DNA of 63,867 bases, counting the filler, from Atractiella rhizophila (taxonomy: Eukaryota), in the NCBI GenBank assembly GCA_021432655.1. It is 4 parts of 3 records of this genome, joined end to end, with 100 filler letters (N's around TTAATTAATTAA, not from the genome) between each part and the next. Parts side by side here need not be neighbours in the genome. Positions count along the whole stretch, not along the records: positions 1 to 16,091 come from MU271520.1; positions 16,192 to 38,730 come from MU271525.1; 2 more parts are not named here. One strand, written 5' to 3'. A program made the position numbers and the translations under genes. The notes under the pieces were generated by a model, which saw only the letters and a list, made by a program, of their open reading frames with translations, was not told where the DNA came from and ran no database searches. Positions 11,920 to 25,107 of this stretch are shown here, piece after piece. How positions within the stretch are numbered: the stretch's first letter is position 1; each line of letters begins with the position of its first letter.

Positions 11920-13662
11920 TTACTCGTTTTTAGAACGAGCAAAACCAACCCTCGCGGTAGCACCATCTCCATAGTCATAAACAGAGTACCAAGACTTCAA
12001 GAACTCATCACCAACAATAGCCATATTCCCATCTTGGGTCTTGAAATCCATTCCAAAGATTCCACCAACGCAAAGTTCGTCTCCGGTCTTGCTCTCGCCG
12101 CTTAAACCAAGGTTAAAATCCCTAGAATCAACTTCCAGGGCTTGTGTGATGCCTTCGAATGCGAGTGCGATGGTGGGGAGCGCTGGAGAGGAAGCGGCGC
12201 AGGGAAACTGGTAGATGTCCGCCCCGCCAGAAGCGCTATCCGTCTTGTCGAGTGTGGCACCAGGAATCGCATCGTAAATCGCTTTAGCAACCGCTTTAGG
12301 CAGATAAATCAAAGTCGTTCCTGTATCAGCCCGCACCAAACAAGCAGAGTTCACTCCCACTGGACTGGTAAAGCGAGAAACAAGACCAACCGGTATCGAT
12401 GGCAGCAGGGTAGGAGGATCCAACGCTTTTTCCTCCAACCACGGGTTCCTGAGCAGCGACCTGCCTGTATTACACCAATGCTTCAGCTAGGCGATCACAA
12501 GAGGAAGGCTGAAGGCTAACCAGTAGCCTTTTCTCGTGACATCCGTGTACGCGATTCCACCAGTGTACTTGGATTCGTCGACTTGTCCAATGGACAGCAT
12601 CGATCCATTTTCTTCTCCGCGAGTGAGGTAGAAGGCGGTGAGATTTTGCTTCAGTCGATTGCTAGCGATGAGATTTTCAACGAAGGATGGCTTTCCCGAG
12701 TTCGCGATGGTTTGAAATCCCATCCCCATAATACCTGGACCCAGCAGCGAAACTATCAACAATTTGTTCAAATGATTGAATTGGCAGGGTGTAAACCATT
12801 TGGTGGGGCATCGAAGAACTGAGGAGAGACGATATTGACAGATCCGAAGTACCTGTTCCCGACCACCAAGTGTTAGCGCTCTATCTTGAACGAAATAGAG
12901 AGCGAAGACACACTGATCAGCAACGGTAAGACCCGCGACAGTGACAGCTTCACGGGCCAGAGTACCAACAACGAATCCGGAACCATAAACGATGTCGAAA
13001 GGCGCAAGTTGTTGACGATACGAGCAAGAATTGAGAGGTTGGAAAGCCTGGTTATTCAAGCAATCGGCGCAGACAGTAGGCACCCAAAGATCCTATGTCA
13101 ATAAAGGTCAAGGAACGATCTGGGGTTGTAAAACCAGAGACGAACAGAACTACCTGTATCAAAATCAATGGTAACAGCCTGAGGCGGAGTTCCAACTGTA
13201 GTCCCTCAATCAGTCAAAGTGTGAGAAAATTGGAAGGGAAGACGAACTCTGGACGTCCCCGTAGTAGAGAACATCGAGACCGCCGCTTATGACATCCTTA
13301 AGAGGTTCGTTTGCAGCTGTCTTCGACAAATCCACAGGAACATCACAGGAAGGTTGGAGTTTGAGCGCCGCAATTGGATCGATGCCTTGAACAGGGTTGT
13401 TGATGGCGCGTCTGGAAGCCCTAGTCCGACTAGAGCGAGCAAGTAGTTCTTCGTTCCTTTGATACTTTGCGTGGAGATGATCGACCTCCTGCTTTACGAA
13501 CTTGGAGTTGAAACGACCATTAACGGATCGAAGCGCCTTGGCAGACCTTGGAGTAATGGAGATGATGTGAAGGGGCGGCGGAGGAGCTGGCGTCACTGCA
13601 ACGGTGTCGCTGAAGAGAGCGAGGGAAAGAATGAGAGAAAGATGGACAGAGTTGAGATGCAT
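11920..13662 (-). CDS. Secreted pepsin-like aspartic protease (A1)
   Basis: Signal and propeptide; catalytic DTGSS/DLWV and DTGTTLIYLP; flap YGSG; IVGDEFLKSWYSVYD, RVGFA. Confidence 0.93.
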
Positions 13663-14007
13663 GATTGTAGATATTCTCGTAAGAAAAGGTGTGTCGCGAA
13701 AGGCAGATTGATTATGAAAAGCAGACTGGCGTTCTCAAGTTGGGGGAAGGAAGAACGTGGAGGGAGGCATTTTATAGCTTTCTTCGCTGTTCCCGCTTTG
13801 AGATCCCGTCTGAGAAAATCACCTATAGCTAAAAATGAGATGTAGATCCTCCTTCCCGCTGCTGACAAGCCTCTAGCCTAGTCCTGTAGCTGCAGCGTCC
13901 ACAGCATATCTAATAACGGAGCAAGACTGGTTTCGAAATACCATCGTGAAGTTTAAAAGAAGACAACAAAAAATGGATTCCGTTTACAAATACAATGGAT
14001 ACTTACT

Positions 14008-16091
14008 TCAATTCTCTCCTCCGACGGGGGCCAATGCAAGTGTAAACTCCAGAAGAACCTGTCCCCCATTCTCCCAAAGCCCTTCTCCAACTTCAGCACT
14101 AACACCGCCACTTTTAGGGACATCGTCAATATAAATTAGAAACGTACTAGCATCTCCTAAATTCGGGTTCAGCAACAATAGCATAGTAGTTACTGAGTGC
14201 GTATCCCTTTCAACCAGTGAGTTAGCAGAGTCTAGAACAGACAGAGTTCATACCTTGATTGCACCATGAAGTTCAGGCCAGGGATGTGTCGCTAATAGCA
14301 AAGGGAAAGCAGTCGCTGGCGTCAGATTCTCGACGAGATGCTTCAGCGCAAGTGCTTCGAGATCTGGAATTTGATAGCGGTGCGCTAGACGATACATGGA
14401 GAAAGCAGAAGCTTCATGAATGAGACAACAGCTTCAGTTGATGTTCTTGTTATAAAATGGAGTACTAACCAGCTGACGGGCAAGGGCAGGGGTGAGGGTG
14501 TGGATCCGCTCCACCACCACCAAGAGCGAGGTCTAAGCGTGCTCCAACATTAGAGGAAGTTGGTCTCCTTTTCCCCGTGCTGGCTGTTGATGTTTGTCTC
14601 CTGCCAGTCGCGGTGATGGGTGTAACAGGCACAGGAGGGACGGTAGGCGGTATGCTAGTTCCAAAGGCAGGCTTCGCAGTCCCGGATGGCTGGAGCCTTG
14701 TAGCCGTTCTGGTTGTTGGACTGGAGACGCTGTGACTGGAGAGTCTGGAAGTGGAGCGGGTCGACCGTTCCAATTCATCAGAGTGATGGGAGGAAGCTGT
14801 ATCTGCTTCGGAGGAAGGAAGGTATTGCCATTCCCAGGCTAAAGGACGGGAAGACGAATCGGAGAGCATGCCACGCAGAGAAGGAGGGGTGTAGGTACTG
14901 AGGTGAGGCGAGGCGGAGGAGCGAATGTCTTCCGTAGAAAGTAGGGAAATGTCGTTAGTGTATATCCAGTGAAGAAGCCAATAGACCGTACTATTTGGCT
15001 AAGGTCAACAACTTGAAAGCGAGAAAAGCAAGAAAAGCAAGAACATACGGGAAATCAAAGTCCTCAATAACGACGCAAAAACCTTTTCCTCCCTCCTCCA
15101 CATCCACTCCAGAATCTTCACCATTCAAGCCCTCCCTCCAATCCCCGCTCAACATCGCTCTAAAATACTCACTCCTGGCCCTCAGCAGGGCCGAGTGAGC
15201 AAACAAACTTCTCCTCCTATAAGCATACGCCCCATCATCGCCGCCATCCCTCGATTGCGCATGCGTATTCATAGGGAACACGATGCTTGCTGGCTGCCTC
15301 TCGTGAAGCAGTATTCTTACATCACCAGTATGCGGATCGTCCAACAAACTCTCAATGCCGGTGAGGAGGTCGCGAGGTACGTGATGATGCCCTTTGAGCT
15401 GAGGAATCACTCGCTCGACAGGAGATTGAATCTGAATGGAGAGGGTGAAAGAATCTGAATCTCGAATCGCGACATTCTTCAATAGTTCTTTTAGCGAAGG
15501 GAAAGTATGACATTCTAATGCCCCGTTAGTTATCTTCTAGCGATAATTGCAGAAGGCAAGCAAACGCACCCCAGACTTCGTTTTCGCGGGCAAAGAACCA
15601 ATCCGTTTCCCACTCCCTCCAAACCCAATCTTTTATTCTTCCACCGACACCGGCATTGGAAGACGAAGGAGCTTTGACGCCAACCATAATGACGACAGGA
15701 ATAGAGAAGTCCGACCAGGGATAATAATCGCTTTCGAGTACATGACAAGTGAGGTAAAGAGATAGTGAGCTAGCCTGAGAAAGCGGCATGGGGAACTCTG
15801 TGCCTGTCGGAGAGGGAGGAATGATGGATGGCTGAGTAGGTGGATGGAGTAATTCTAATTTCCATCGATCCGACCCAAAGCTCCAGTTCCCAATCTCGCG
15901 ATTTGATGAAACAGAGCCACTTCGGCTCGCACTTGTGCCAGCAGGAGGGAGGCTGCCTTCCCTGCCTCCTCGCTCCGACGGCGCCGCAGAGGTAGAAGGT
16001 GAAGAAGCATCTGGAGATAGGAACTCTTCACTTGCGCGGTCATTCTCTTCCGCAAGTTGCTTCACATTTACAATGGTAATATCAACGCCCT
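14008..16091 (-). CDS. BTB/POZ domain protein with probable N-terminal MATH-like region; 5' end lost in linker gap
   Basis: LLDDPHTGDV..LFAHSALLRARSEYFRAML..IEDFDF/TVYWLLHWIYT; downstream MYRLAHRYQIPDLEALALKHL. Confidence 0.8.
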
Positions 16092-16191
16092 NNNNNNNNN
16101 NNNNNNNNNNNNNNNNNNNNNNNNNNNNNNNNNNNTTAATTAATTAANNNNNNNNNNNNNNNNNNNNNNNNNNNNNNNNNNNNNNNNNNNN
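16092..16191. other. Artificial contig linker N44-TTAATTAATTAA-N44
   Basis: Six-frame stop palindrome embedded in Ns, 100 nt total; same layout occurs three times. Confidence 0.95.
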
Positions 16192-17138
16192 TAGTCATCC
16201 AGGAGTCGTCCGCGCTCACTCTCTTCCCGTATCTCCTTTACTTCACACAAAACATGTCAGATCCCCAAGTTTTGCGAGAGTTTCTCAACGTCGCCCAAGA
16301 ATTTTCTGCGATAGGCTCTCACAATACACAGCCTGAAAAGGGAATGTTTGAGGACAATCTGATCAAGTTCATTCTTCTGGATAAGGAGCTACAGAGCCTG
16401 AGGCTTGTGACATGCTTGGCGAAATTTATCTTGGTACGGTTTACACTTGGAAAGGTCAAGAGAGATAAATTGAAAGAAATGCAGGACAAATGTCAAGTTG
16501 AGGACGAGCTCAAGACCAAACTTAAGACGCTCACGTACAAACTGCGGACGAATATGAATCGATGTCTATATCAGCGCCTGCTTTCCGCCCTGCAATCCGA
16601 GGCTGCCGACATATTACAGTGTACGTTTTCTTTATCGATTGTTTGTCCTACTGAACAACTTGAGCAGTGCAAGATCAGCAGTTGCTGTTGAGACTTCAAA
16701 GAACCATGACTGCCTTACATGCTGGAGCTCTCGATCCCGTCGATCCAGATGCCTTCACAGCAACTCCAGATTCGTCAGATGAGAGAGAGGATGATCTGTG
16801 TCCTGCTTGCGAAAGCAGCATCCCTTTTCATCACCTGCGGTATGCACGCTGTCCCGATGGGCATATATGGGGTATGTCTCCTCCATTGCGCAAAAATTGG
16901 GAAAATCTGACGCAGACGTGTAGATCGGTGCTCTGTCACCCTGAAAGTGATTGTCGGAACGAAGAATGGAACATGCACGGGATGCGGTAGGAAGAGCTTG
17001 CTCAGCGCGGCTGATATTCAAGGTGAGGGCGGTGGACAAGATTCCAGAATGGATATCGATCAGACATTCGAAGATCGCGCATTGGGAGTGTTGAAGGCCT
17101 GCATATTTTGTGGTTGTCGGAAGATGCGTATACGATAA
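16192..17138 (+). CDS. C-terminal part of a TFIIIC subunit (GTF3C4/Tfc8-like, zf-TFIIIC domain); 5' end lost in gap
   Basis: CPACESSIPF..ARCPDGHIW/DRCSVT..CTGCGR..ACIFCG at the C-terminus. Confidence 0.75.
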
Positions 17139-18320
17139 CTAGCCCAGTGACACAGGCACGTTCAAACAGTTGGCATTCTATTCTCATGATTGGAGTCGAG
17201 TGATTTCTTGTAAGAATCTCAGGAAGTACCTGAAGTGCAGCATTCTAGTGACGCTAATATAACTCATGTTGTGAAGCAAGTTATTTCAAAAAGATTTGGA
17301 CCATTATAGGCTGTGAACAATGCACTTAAAACTCAGTATTCAGCGCTTCAGCCTCAATAATTCTGAGAAGATCTCGTGTCTGATGACAGCAAGAGGTCCA
17401 TTGAAACTGTCAGATCCGTGAGCGTTTCGCAGAAGCCGCTTGATTATCGGGAGACTTTCTTCTCAACGAGCTGCGTCCATCTAATTCCAATCTGGAGACG
17501 ATGAGACCATCCTGTTATGAATACATGGCCCCCCTGACGGAGTTCGGGGGTCCGAAACTAGTATAAGGGAGTCCTCCAGAAAGGAGCCTGTGAGGTAATC
17601 AAAATTCCTACTTCTAGCGCGAATGGCGGTAATCTTACCCCTTTACGACAAGATTACTCACAGCCAGCGTGCAAGGAGACATCCAGATGTCAGATGTGTG
17701 GCTGCTCAGCTCCCAAGTGGTCCACATTTCAACGAAACTCAATGAAGATACAGAGGTGACGAAATACGGACACGATTCGCTACACATTGTTTCATGTTTC
17801 ATGAGTGCCCACCAATAAAAAAACCAGTGAAGTTGCTGAGGACTAACATTCCGGGCGGAGATGGACTACGGTCATAGTGAGCGTGAGCTTATTGTGTTCC
17901 CGCGCACAAACCGCTCAGAGCGATTTCTGCGGCACTCCTCCCTCACCCTCCCTCCCCCCGACTCACGCTTACATCAGCGCTCTCCCCTCAAAGGCTAGAA
18001 GCTTGTAAGGATCGAACGAAACCTCTGTGGCTACCAAAAACGTTGGGTGGGTATCGATGGAAAGGCGGTGGACCGATGAGAAGAACCATGACACCATCAG
18101 TCTTGGAGGGTCCATGAGATGTTCTCCACGACGATGATCGGAGAGCGCGTGCATCGTGATCAAGTCGCTGCTCTTTCCGGCTCCTTCGGCCGCTTCCAGT
18201 GGTCCATAAAAGGGGGAGGTCCTCCCAATTTGTCCCCCCATCTTTTAGATCAACTCGAAGATCCCAGTCCATTTTCGGCTTACGCGAAAACATCCGGTCA
18301 ACGATAGTTAGATATTCAAA

Positions 18321-19063
18321 ATGATGCGTCTCGCTGCTGCTCTTGCTTTCTCTTCCACTGCGCTTGCGCACTTTACCCTCGACTTCCCTCTGAGTCGTGG
18401 GTTTGACGACGACATCGAGCCTCAATTTTGCGGCGGTTTCCCAAATGTAACCGGACGCACCGTCTTCCCTCTTGGTTCGTTTCTTCCTCCAATACTTTTC
18501 TTTCCTACGCTCATGCTATAACGTAGGTCCTGCACCAATCCTCTTTGATTCCCATCACGACGCCGCGAAGGTCGAAATCATCATTTCGCCCAACCCGAAC
18601 CCGCAAAATTTCAGCGTCTTCAACGTGACCTCCTCTGGTGCCACAATCCCGCCTCTTAAGCCTTTCTTCGACATTACCAATGCCGGAGAATTCTGCATCA
18701 ACGTCGATATCTCCTCGCTCGGAGTCTCAGATTTCGCGAACGGGACGAATGCCACTATCCAGGTCGTCTACAACGGAGGAGACGGACCTCTGTGAGTCTC
18801 TTATCTTTTGTCGAGATTGGGAGCTAATGACGAATGACAGATACCAATGCGCCGATGTTACCCTTTCCACTGAATATACCGCGTCGAACATCACCTGTGC
18901 TAATTCAACCACCACCACTACCACGAACAGCACAGGTGGAGGTGACGCACCTGCTTCTGGAAACACTGGCGGTGGAAGTTGGGCATTCAGGAATACGCAG
19001 GTCGATGCAAAGGTTGCAGGCCTTGCAGCACTCGTCGCCGCTGGAGTGATGGCTCTCATGTAA
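18321..19063 (+). CDS. BIM1: GPI-anchored copper acquisition factor, BIM1 / X325 LPMO-like family
   Basis: Signal peptide ending ALA then mature His1 (HFTLDFPLSRGFDD..FCGG); second His in DSHH; GEFC; GGDGPL/YQCADV; S/T linker and hydrophobic GPI tail; two introns. Confidence 0.88.
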
Positions 19064-19478
19064 ACACTTTCAGAACCATGATGTTGATTTTGGGACGATG
19101 AAACGAAATGATAAATGTCATGACTGTTTAACATTGTTTATTGTGAAGCCCGTTATGAACTAGACTACGTCCAAAAATGCTCGAGAGTTCAGACTGCCGT
19201 TGAAGCCGATAAAAAAATCAGGACCTTTTGTTCAGCTCAGCTGCTTCCGGACAACGAAACCGGGAAGGTGCGATTTAAACTACGACCATCTCACGACCCC
19301 GATCTCCCCTTGTCAGCATAGCTACGCAGAACGCCCTATAAAAGGGTCTGATCTTCTCCCTGCCCACATTTCCCCCCAATCTGCCCCAAAATTTCAGCAG
19401 CCAAAGGGATTCGCAACAATAATCGAGAAGTACGCCTCGCCTCTTACTTTCCACCACAGGCTGCAAGTTCTGACCTCA

Positions 19479-20182
19479 ATGAACAGCAAAATGATTTCTT
19501 TCTTAACGATCCTGCTCTCCATTTCCCTCATCCCCTTCTCTCAAGCTCACGATCATGGTGGCTCCATGACTGACGGTTCGACTATGAGCGTCAAGTAAGT
19601 CTTTCTTGCGCAGACCACTCCGCATAAATCCCTCACGTCTTCCCACCGTCGAACAGCGCCCTCATGGGTCAATTCCACACCGGAATCGGAGGAGATCAGC
19701 TCTGGTTCGCAGGCTGGATCCCGACGAGCGCAGGCACGACTTTCGCGTCTGCTTTTGGACTCGCCCTCCTCGCCGTCTTCTCGCGTCTCCTCTCTGCCGT
19801 TCGAACGCAGCTCGATCACCAATGGGCAGTCAAAGGACGAGTTATGCGCCTTCAGGCTATCGAAGCTTCGAGCGGTCGAGCGAGCGCTGTCGGACTCATT
19901 GATGGGGCTGCGACTCAACGGAAAAGTGCTGGTTCTGCATCTGTGGATTCGACGACTTCGGATTCGAGGGAGAAGACGCGTGCTCCTAGTCGCCTCACTC
20001 CTTTCATCGCCGCCCATGATATCCCTAGAGGACTGCTTCAGATTCTTCAGAGTGGAATTGGCTACCTTCTCATGTTGGCCGTCATGATGGGGAACGTATG
20101 GTGGTTTATTGCGGTGTTGTTAGGCTTGGGAATTGGAGAGACGCTCTTTGGCAGGTTCGCACATGTGGAAGATCACCATTGA
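19479..20182 (+). CDS. Ctr-family copper transporter
   Basis: DQLWFAGW before TM1; TM2 YLLMLAVM (MxxxM); TM3 GLGIG (GxxxG); C-terminal HH; intron 19595-19656. Confidence 0.92.
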
Positions 20183-20633
20183 TGGAGCAACGAAGGCGAC
20201 GACGGAAGTCGATACAAGACATGCTGATTATTGGTAAATGTTCATTAGTGTTGACTGACGGTGGATGAATCAATCTAAATTGGAATGCATTCTTGTCGTA
20301 TTACATTATCCCATTCTCAATCCTCATATCCATCACTAAGCTCGTAACCCAATGTATCTACTCCTTGAATTCTCCTTAAAGCTGTCTCATGCATCAGCAC
20401 TTTGAACTTGACTGATGAACCCATGTCCTCTTGAGACACAGAACGACAGTGACTCGTATGAATGAAGACGGCGATGTCGCGCGGCGACTAGTCGTTACGC
20501 AGGAAAACATGATAGCACACGTTTCAACATCGTTGGCAAACGATGGCTATGCGATTTGACCGAGGTGTAAGTAGGATATAAAGGATATCACCAATCAACT
20601 TGCAGCAAGCAACGAAACAATTGGTCAAGAAAA

Positions 20634-21662
20634 ATGAGCAGCGGAAGTAAGACGATTCCAGATATATATTCTAAGCCAGAAGTGGCCCAACAATTTCGAA
20701 AATTTGAAGGGTTAACGGCCTCCGCTGGTGTTCGACTCCTCGAGCAAAGCGGAATCCTTTCTCTGCCTCTCCCTTCGCCTGAAAATCTCAAGATTCTAGA
20801 CAACGCTTGTGGTACCGGCGTCATCACGGCCGCGATCAAAAATGAAGAGGTTTTCAAGGATGTTGAGGTCACAGCTGCTGATATTAGTGAGCCCATGATC
20901 ACAATTGTGAAACAGAGAATAGAAGAAGAGGGATGGAGTAAGGTGCAAACAGCCATCTTGGACGTGATGGTTCGTATCCCTCCACTTGATGATTGCGGTC
21001 TAAGACCGCACAGGACCTCGAACTGCCTTCAGATCACTTCTCGCATACAATTACCAACTTTTGCATTTCTACTGTTCCGCATCCAATGAAGGCATTACAA
21101 GGTAGGAAGCAACCAGCGATCAGAAACAGGTTATTCACGTCTTCTTCCTTGCAGAAACCATTCGAGTGACCAAGCCTGGGGGAATAATTGGGTTTACTAC
21201 TTGGAATCATATAGGATGGTGGGTGGATTTTCCGATGTGAGAAACGAAGAAATCCTCACATCCCATCCTAGGTTCCCACCCGTGAAAGAAGCCGTTTCGC
21301 GCCTCCCAGGTTCATTACCGCTCGCCGATCCGAACATAAACTGGATCAAAACCGGCGACTGGCACTCCACTGAATGGGTGGCCAACCTTCTCAGATCACC
21401 TCCCTTCTCTCTTGAGGATGTTAACGTCCAATTTTTCCCGTGCATGATGAAGGTGGACAGTGCACACGCATACGTTTACGAGAATACAATGATCCTAAAC
21501 TTCATTACGATGCAATGTTCCGAAGAACAAAAGGCAGATTCGGAATTGAAGGACCAGGTGAAGAAATCTATCGAGCAAGTGCTGGAAGAACGATACGGCA
21601 AAGATACTCCATTTGAATTCGAGTTTATGAGCTTAATCTGTACTGGGCGAAAACCCTTATAG
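20634..21662 (+). CDS. Class I SAM-dependent methyltransferase
   Basis: ILDNACGTG motif I; VTAADISEPMI; RVTKPGGIIGFTTW. Confidence 0.88.
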
Positions 21663-22096
21663 AATGGTGGAAAGGCAAGCGATACACAGCGATCGAGCAA
21701 TGTTTACATGCATTTTTTTGTTGTGAAGAGCCTGTGGAACCCCGCCAGTGACTGCCTGAAAATTGCAGTAGCCATAAAGTGCACATTACAACCAAATGCT
21801 TCCTCGATTTCTGGGAACAATGAGAGAATACGGTCAAACATCTGATGGTTCTTGAAGAAGGAAACTGAAACAACAATCTTGCTTTCCTGTAGCTGATGAA
21901 TTACATAATTGGACGGAAAGCATACTAGTTAACGTCTACTGACATAAATATCTACTGGCATTGTGACTGAAAGCTGTCGCTTCGACTGTGATTGTTCTTT
22001 GGTCCGTCGGTGTTTGCTTTTCTGTTTCATAACTAGGCATTGCCGCAAAGATACTGTAACATTGTAAGATCGGATCATCGAAATCCAGCTGCTATC

Positions 22097-23233
22097 ATGA
22101 CTCTCATCCGTCCCTGCATCGACCTCCACTCAGGAGTAGTCAAACAAATCGTAGGGTCAAGCTTAGACCTCCAAAATCCATCCAGCTCAAACCTTCAAAC
22201 CAACTTCATCTCTTCGTTTGCCTTTTCCCTTCCTTCCATGCAAAATTGATTCAAGATATTGTAGAAAGCCCCCTGCATACTATGCGGAGCTGTATAAAAA
22301 GGACAATATGCAAGGCGCTCACGTTATCAAGCTGGGACCAAGCAACGATTCTGCTGCAGAAGAAGCCCTCAAGGCGTGGCCAGGTCCGTCCTTCTTGGTT
22401 CATCCATATTCACTTCGTTGAACGTATGGGTAATACAGGTGGCCTCCAGCTTGGAGGAGGTATAACGGCTGAAAACGCTGTCAATTGGCTTGCTAAAGGG
22501 GCTTCCAAAGTGCGACTGTTCTTTCCCTTCTTTTGATTGCGATAATGACAGAGATGTAAGGTGATAGTAACATCGTACCTCTTTCCCGATGGCCAACTTT
22601 CTCAAGAGCGATTGCGCAAACTCAGCGAGGCCGTGCCAAAGGAACAACTAGTGATAGACCTTTCGTCAGTCTCCCTTCTCCTCTGTCCCGTACTCCCGGA
22701 AGATCTTATAAGAATTATGGGAAAGAAAGGTGTAAACGCACGTCTGATAGCGAATGGACCGTCTGCACAAATGGATGGGCGACTCTTACGTCTTCCGTCA
22801 TCTCTCGATCATCTACCATCCTGACCGATCTCGCACCTTACTGCTCGTGCGTCTGCCCACAGCATTGTTTTATCGTCTTACATATCGATGACAGGGAATT
22901 CCTCATCCATTCCACCTCCGTAGAAGGTCTTCAAGTCGGTCCTGATCTGCCTCTCGTTCAGCTACTGGCAGAGATGTCGCCGATACCTGTCACATATGCA
23001 GGAGGAGCGAGGCGTGGGTGTTCTTCTTTTGTCACTTACAGACCGGCTTAACACTCTGAAGGACAGATCTGAGTGACTTACAGGCAGTAGAGCGTATGAG
23101 TGAAGGAAAGGTGGACCTCACATTCGGGAGTGCGCTGGACATTTTCGGTGGGGACGGAATAACGTGGGCAGACTGTGTAGCTTGGAACAATTCAAAACAG
23201 GAGACGAATAATAACGTGAGAGAAGGAATATGA
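22097..23233 (+). CDS. HIS6: ProFAR isomerase (histidine biosynthesis)
   Basis: [60 protein letters not shown]. Confidence 0.95.
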
Positions 23234-23461
23234 TTATTCCATTGAGATTCAAAATGTTGTAACAATACAATGGAAAGCGTTCATTCAATCTTCACTCAAC
23301 AAGAACAGGGACACAAATTTTGAATATTCTGAAACTTAAAATTCATTCTCGGTTCATTCACTTTCATTCTTTAGTTCGTAGCCGGAGTTGTTGACCATGG
23401 CGGCAGCAAGCAAGCAAGCAGCAAATACCGTTCTTCTCCCTTTTGACGAGGAAGAAGTAAT

Positions 23462-24530
23462 TTAATGACCAATGAGAGGTGCCCTTTCATCGTCCTCAGC
23501 AGCGACAATGTTGTCGACTTTAGGTTCCCTGAAAAGGAAGACGACGACCTGTTTTTTTGACAGTCAGTCCTCAGCATGTCGCGAATGACAGAGAGACTAA
23601 GACGTACTTTAACGATCGCGAGGAGCGAGATAATGAAAGCAGCAAGAGCGGCCCAGCGGATGACGTCGACGTGAGAGTTCTGGAAGATGCCCTCGAGGAA
23701 CCAAGCGATGACAATGGCGCCGGCAACATCTCCCTTCGCGCTGTGGAGGGCATATCCAATCGATGTAGCCGCAAGCCAAGCGACCGCGATGACAGCACTG
23801 ACTTTCGTCCCGACTCCGGCACCATGCGATCCGCTGGCGTCCCGGCCAAAAGCGGTGAAAATGGACAGGACGAGGATGGCAATCGAATAAGCGTGCCAGA
23901 GAGAGAAGGGGAGGTGAACGAAGATGAGATTGGCAGTCGGTGCGGAGGTCGAGGATGGAGCAGACTTCGTCTTCAGGTCATAGTAGGCAGATGAGATGGT
24001 GACTGCCGTCAAAAGGGCGAAAATGAAAGCAACAATGGGATGGCCTCCAGCAAGAGTGTATCCAGTGCTGTGCATCACAATCAATCCGACCTGATAAAGC
24101 AGAAACAGATAGAAAACTCACATCCCGTTCAGGATACCGACAATGGCGAATTTCCAACCAATCACATCACCGACGGCTTCGGTACCAGCGGGGAAGAACT
24201 GAAAGATGACCAACCCAAGGAGGAGGAGGTCGATGATCGTCCATATGTAGAACGTGTGGTCTGTGATGGGTGTCAGGTCAAATTATTCTAGCGACCTAAA
24301 GAAAAAGGAAACAAGGCGTACGAGCTGGGGTGATGTAAGTCGTCTTGTGGCCGAAAGCAGGTTCGAAGGACCCATACACGTTCGACGAGAAGAAAAAGAG
24401 GAACACAAGAACGTTCACGATCTGTATTACAGGATCCCGAAAAGCACCTTCAGATCCCACCAAGAAGGCAAACCGAGGGAGAAGGACGCACCTTGATAAG
24501 GAGATGCTTGCTCGCAGATTCATCGGCCAT
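23462..24530 (-). CDS. Conserved fungal multi-pass membrane protein (TspO-like/DUF1774-like), function unknown
   Basis: MADESASKHLLIK/IVNVLVFLFFFSSNVY..TYITPA/..FYIWTII..FVHLPFSLWHAY; several TM helices; ends ERAPLIGH (dileucine-like sorting motif). Confidence 0.7.
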
Positions 24531-25107
24531 TGTTGCTTTGTCTGCTCCTTATAATTTACAGGTATGCTGAGCTGCTTCTGCTGGGCTGCTGGTTGGTTGG
24601 AAATTGGTGGAAAGAGAAGGGAATTCCAAAATAAAGCGTTTGTTTTATACTGACGCGTGACGATGTGATGAGAACATAAACAGACGTCATTTTGCGGGAC
24701 TCTTCGCATTCTTGCTTCGGAAGACAAAAGTCCGCCGGAGTACTGAGTCACTGGAGCACTCACTTAAGCATTTCGCAGAGCATTTCGCATTCGTTGAAAC
24801 CATTGGTTTTATAGCGTTCAAATTATTCACTCATATTAGTTGTTGCTCAACTTTTCGAACAGCTTAAAGTCACTTCTGCAACAATAGGTTTGGTCCTCCC
24901 TTGAACGTGCGCTAAAAAACCAACGAAAACGACCAAGGTCTACGGTACGGATCTTTCGAAAAAGCGACATCTAAGGATACGGAGCGTCAAACTCCTTCAA
25001 CCTTACAGTTTGTAGAACAGAATCTCTGCAGGAAAAGCGGAAAGTGTGTTTGAAACGCGCCACTGGTCGCTGTATTCTGAGACCGCGAATACGACACGGA
25101 CGTGACA

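Noticed and set aside
16136..16147. TTAATTAATTAA palindrome occurring three times (piggyBac TTAA or regulatory site?)
   Set aside because: Always centred in 44+44 Ns; it is a synthetic six-frame-stop scaffold linker.
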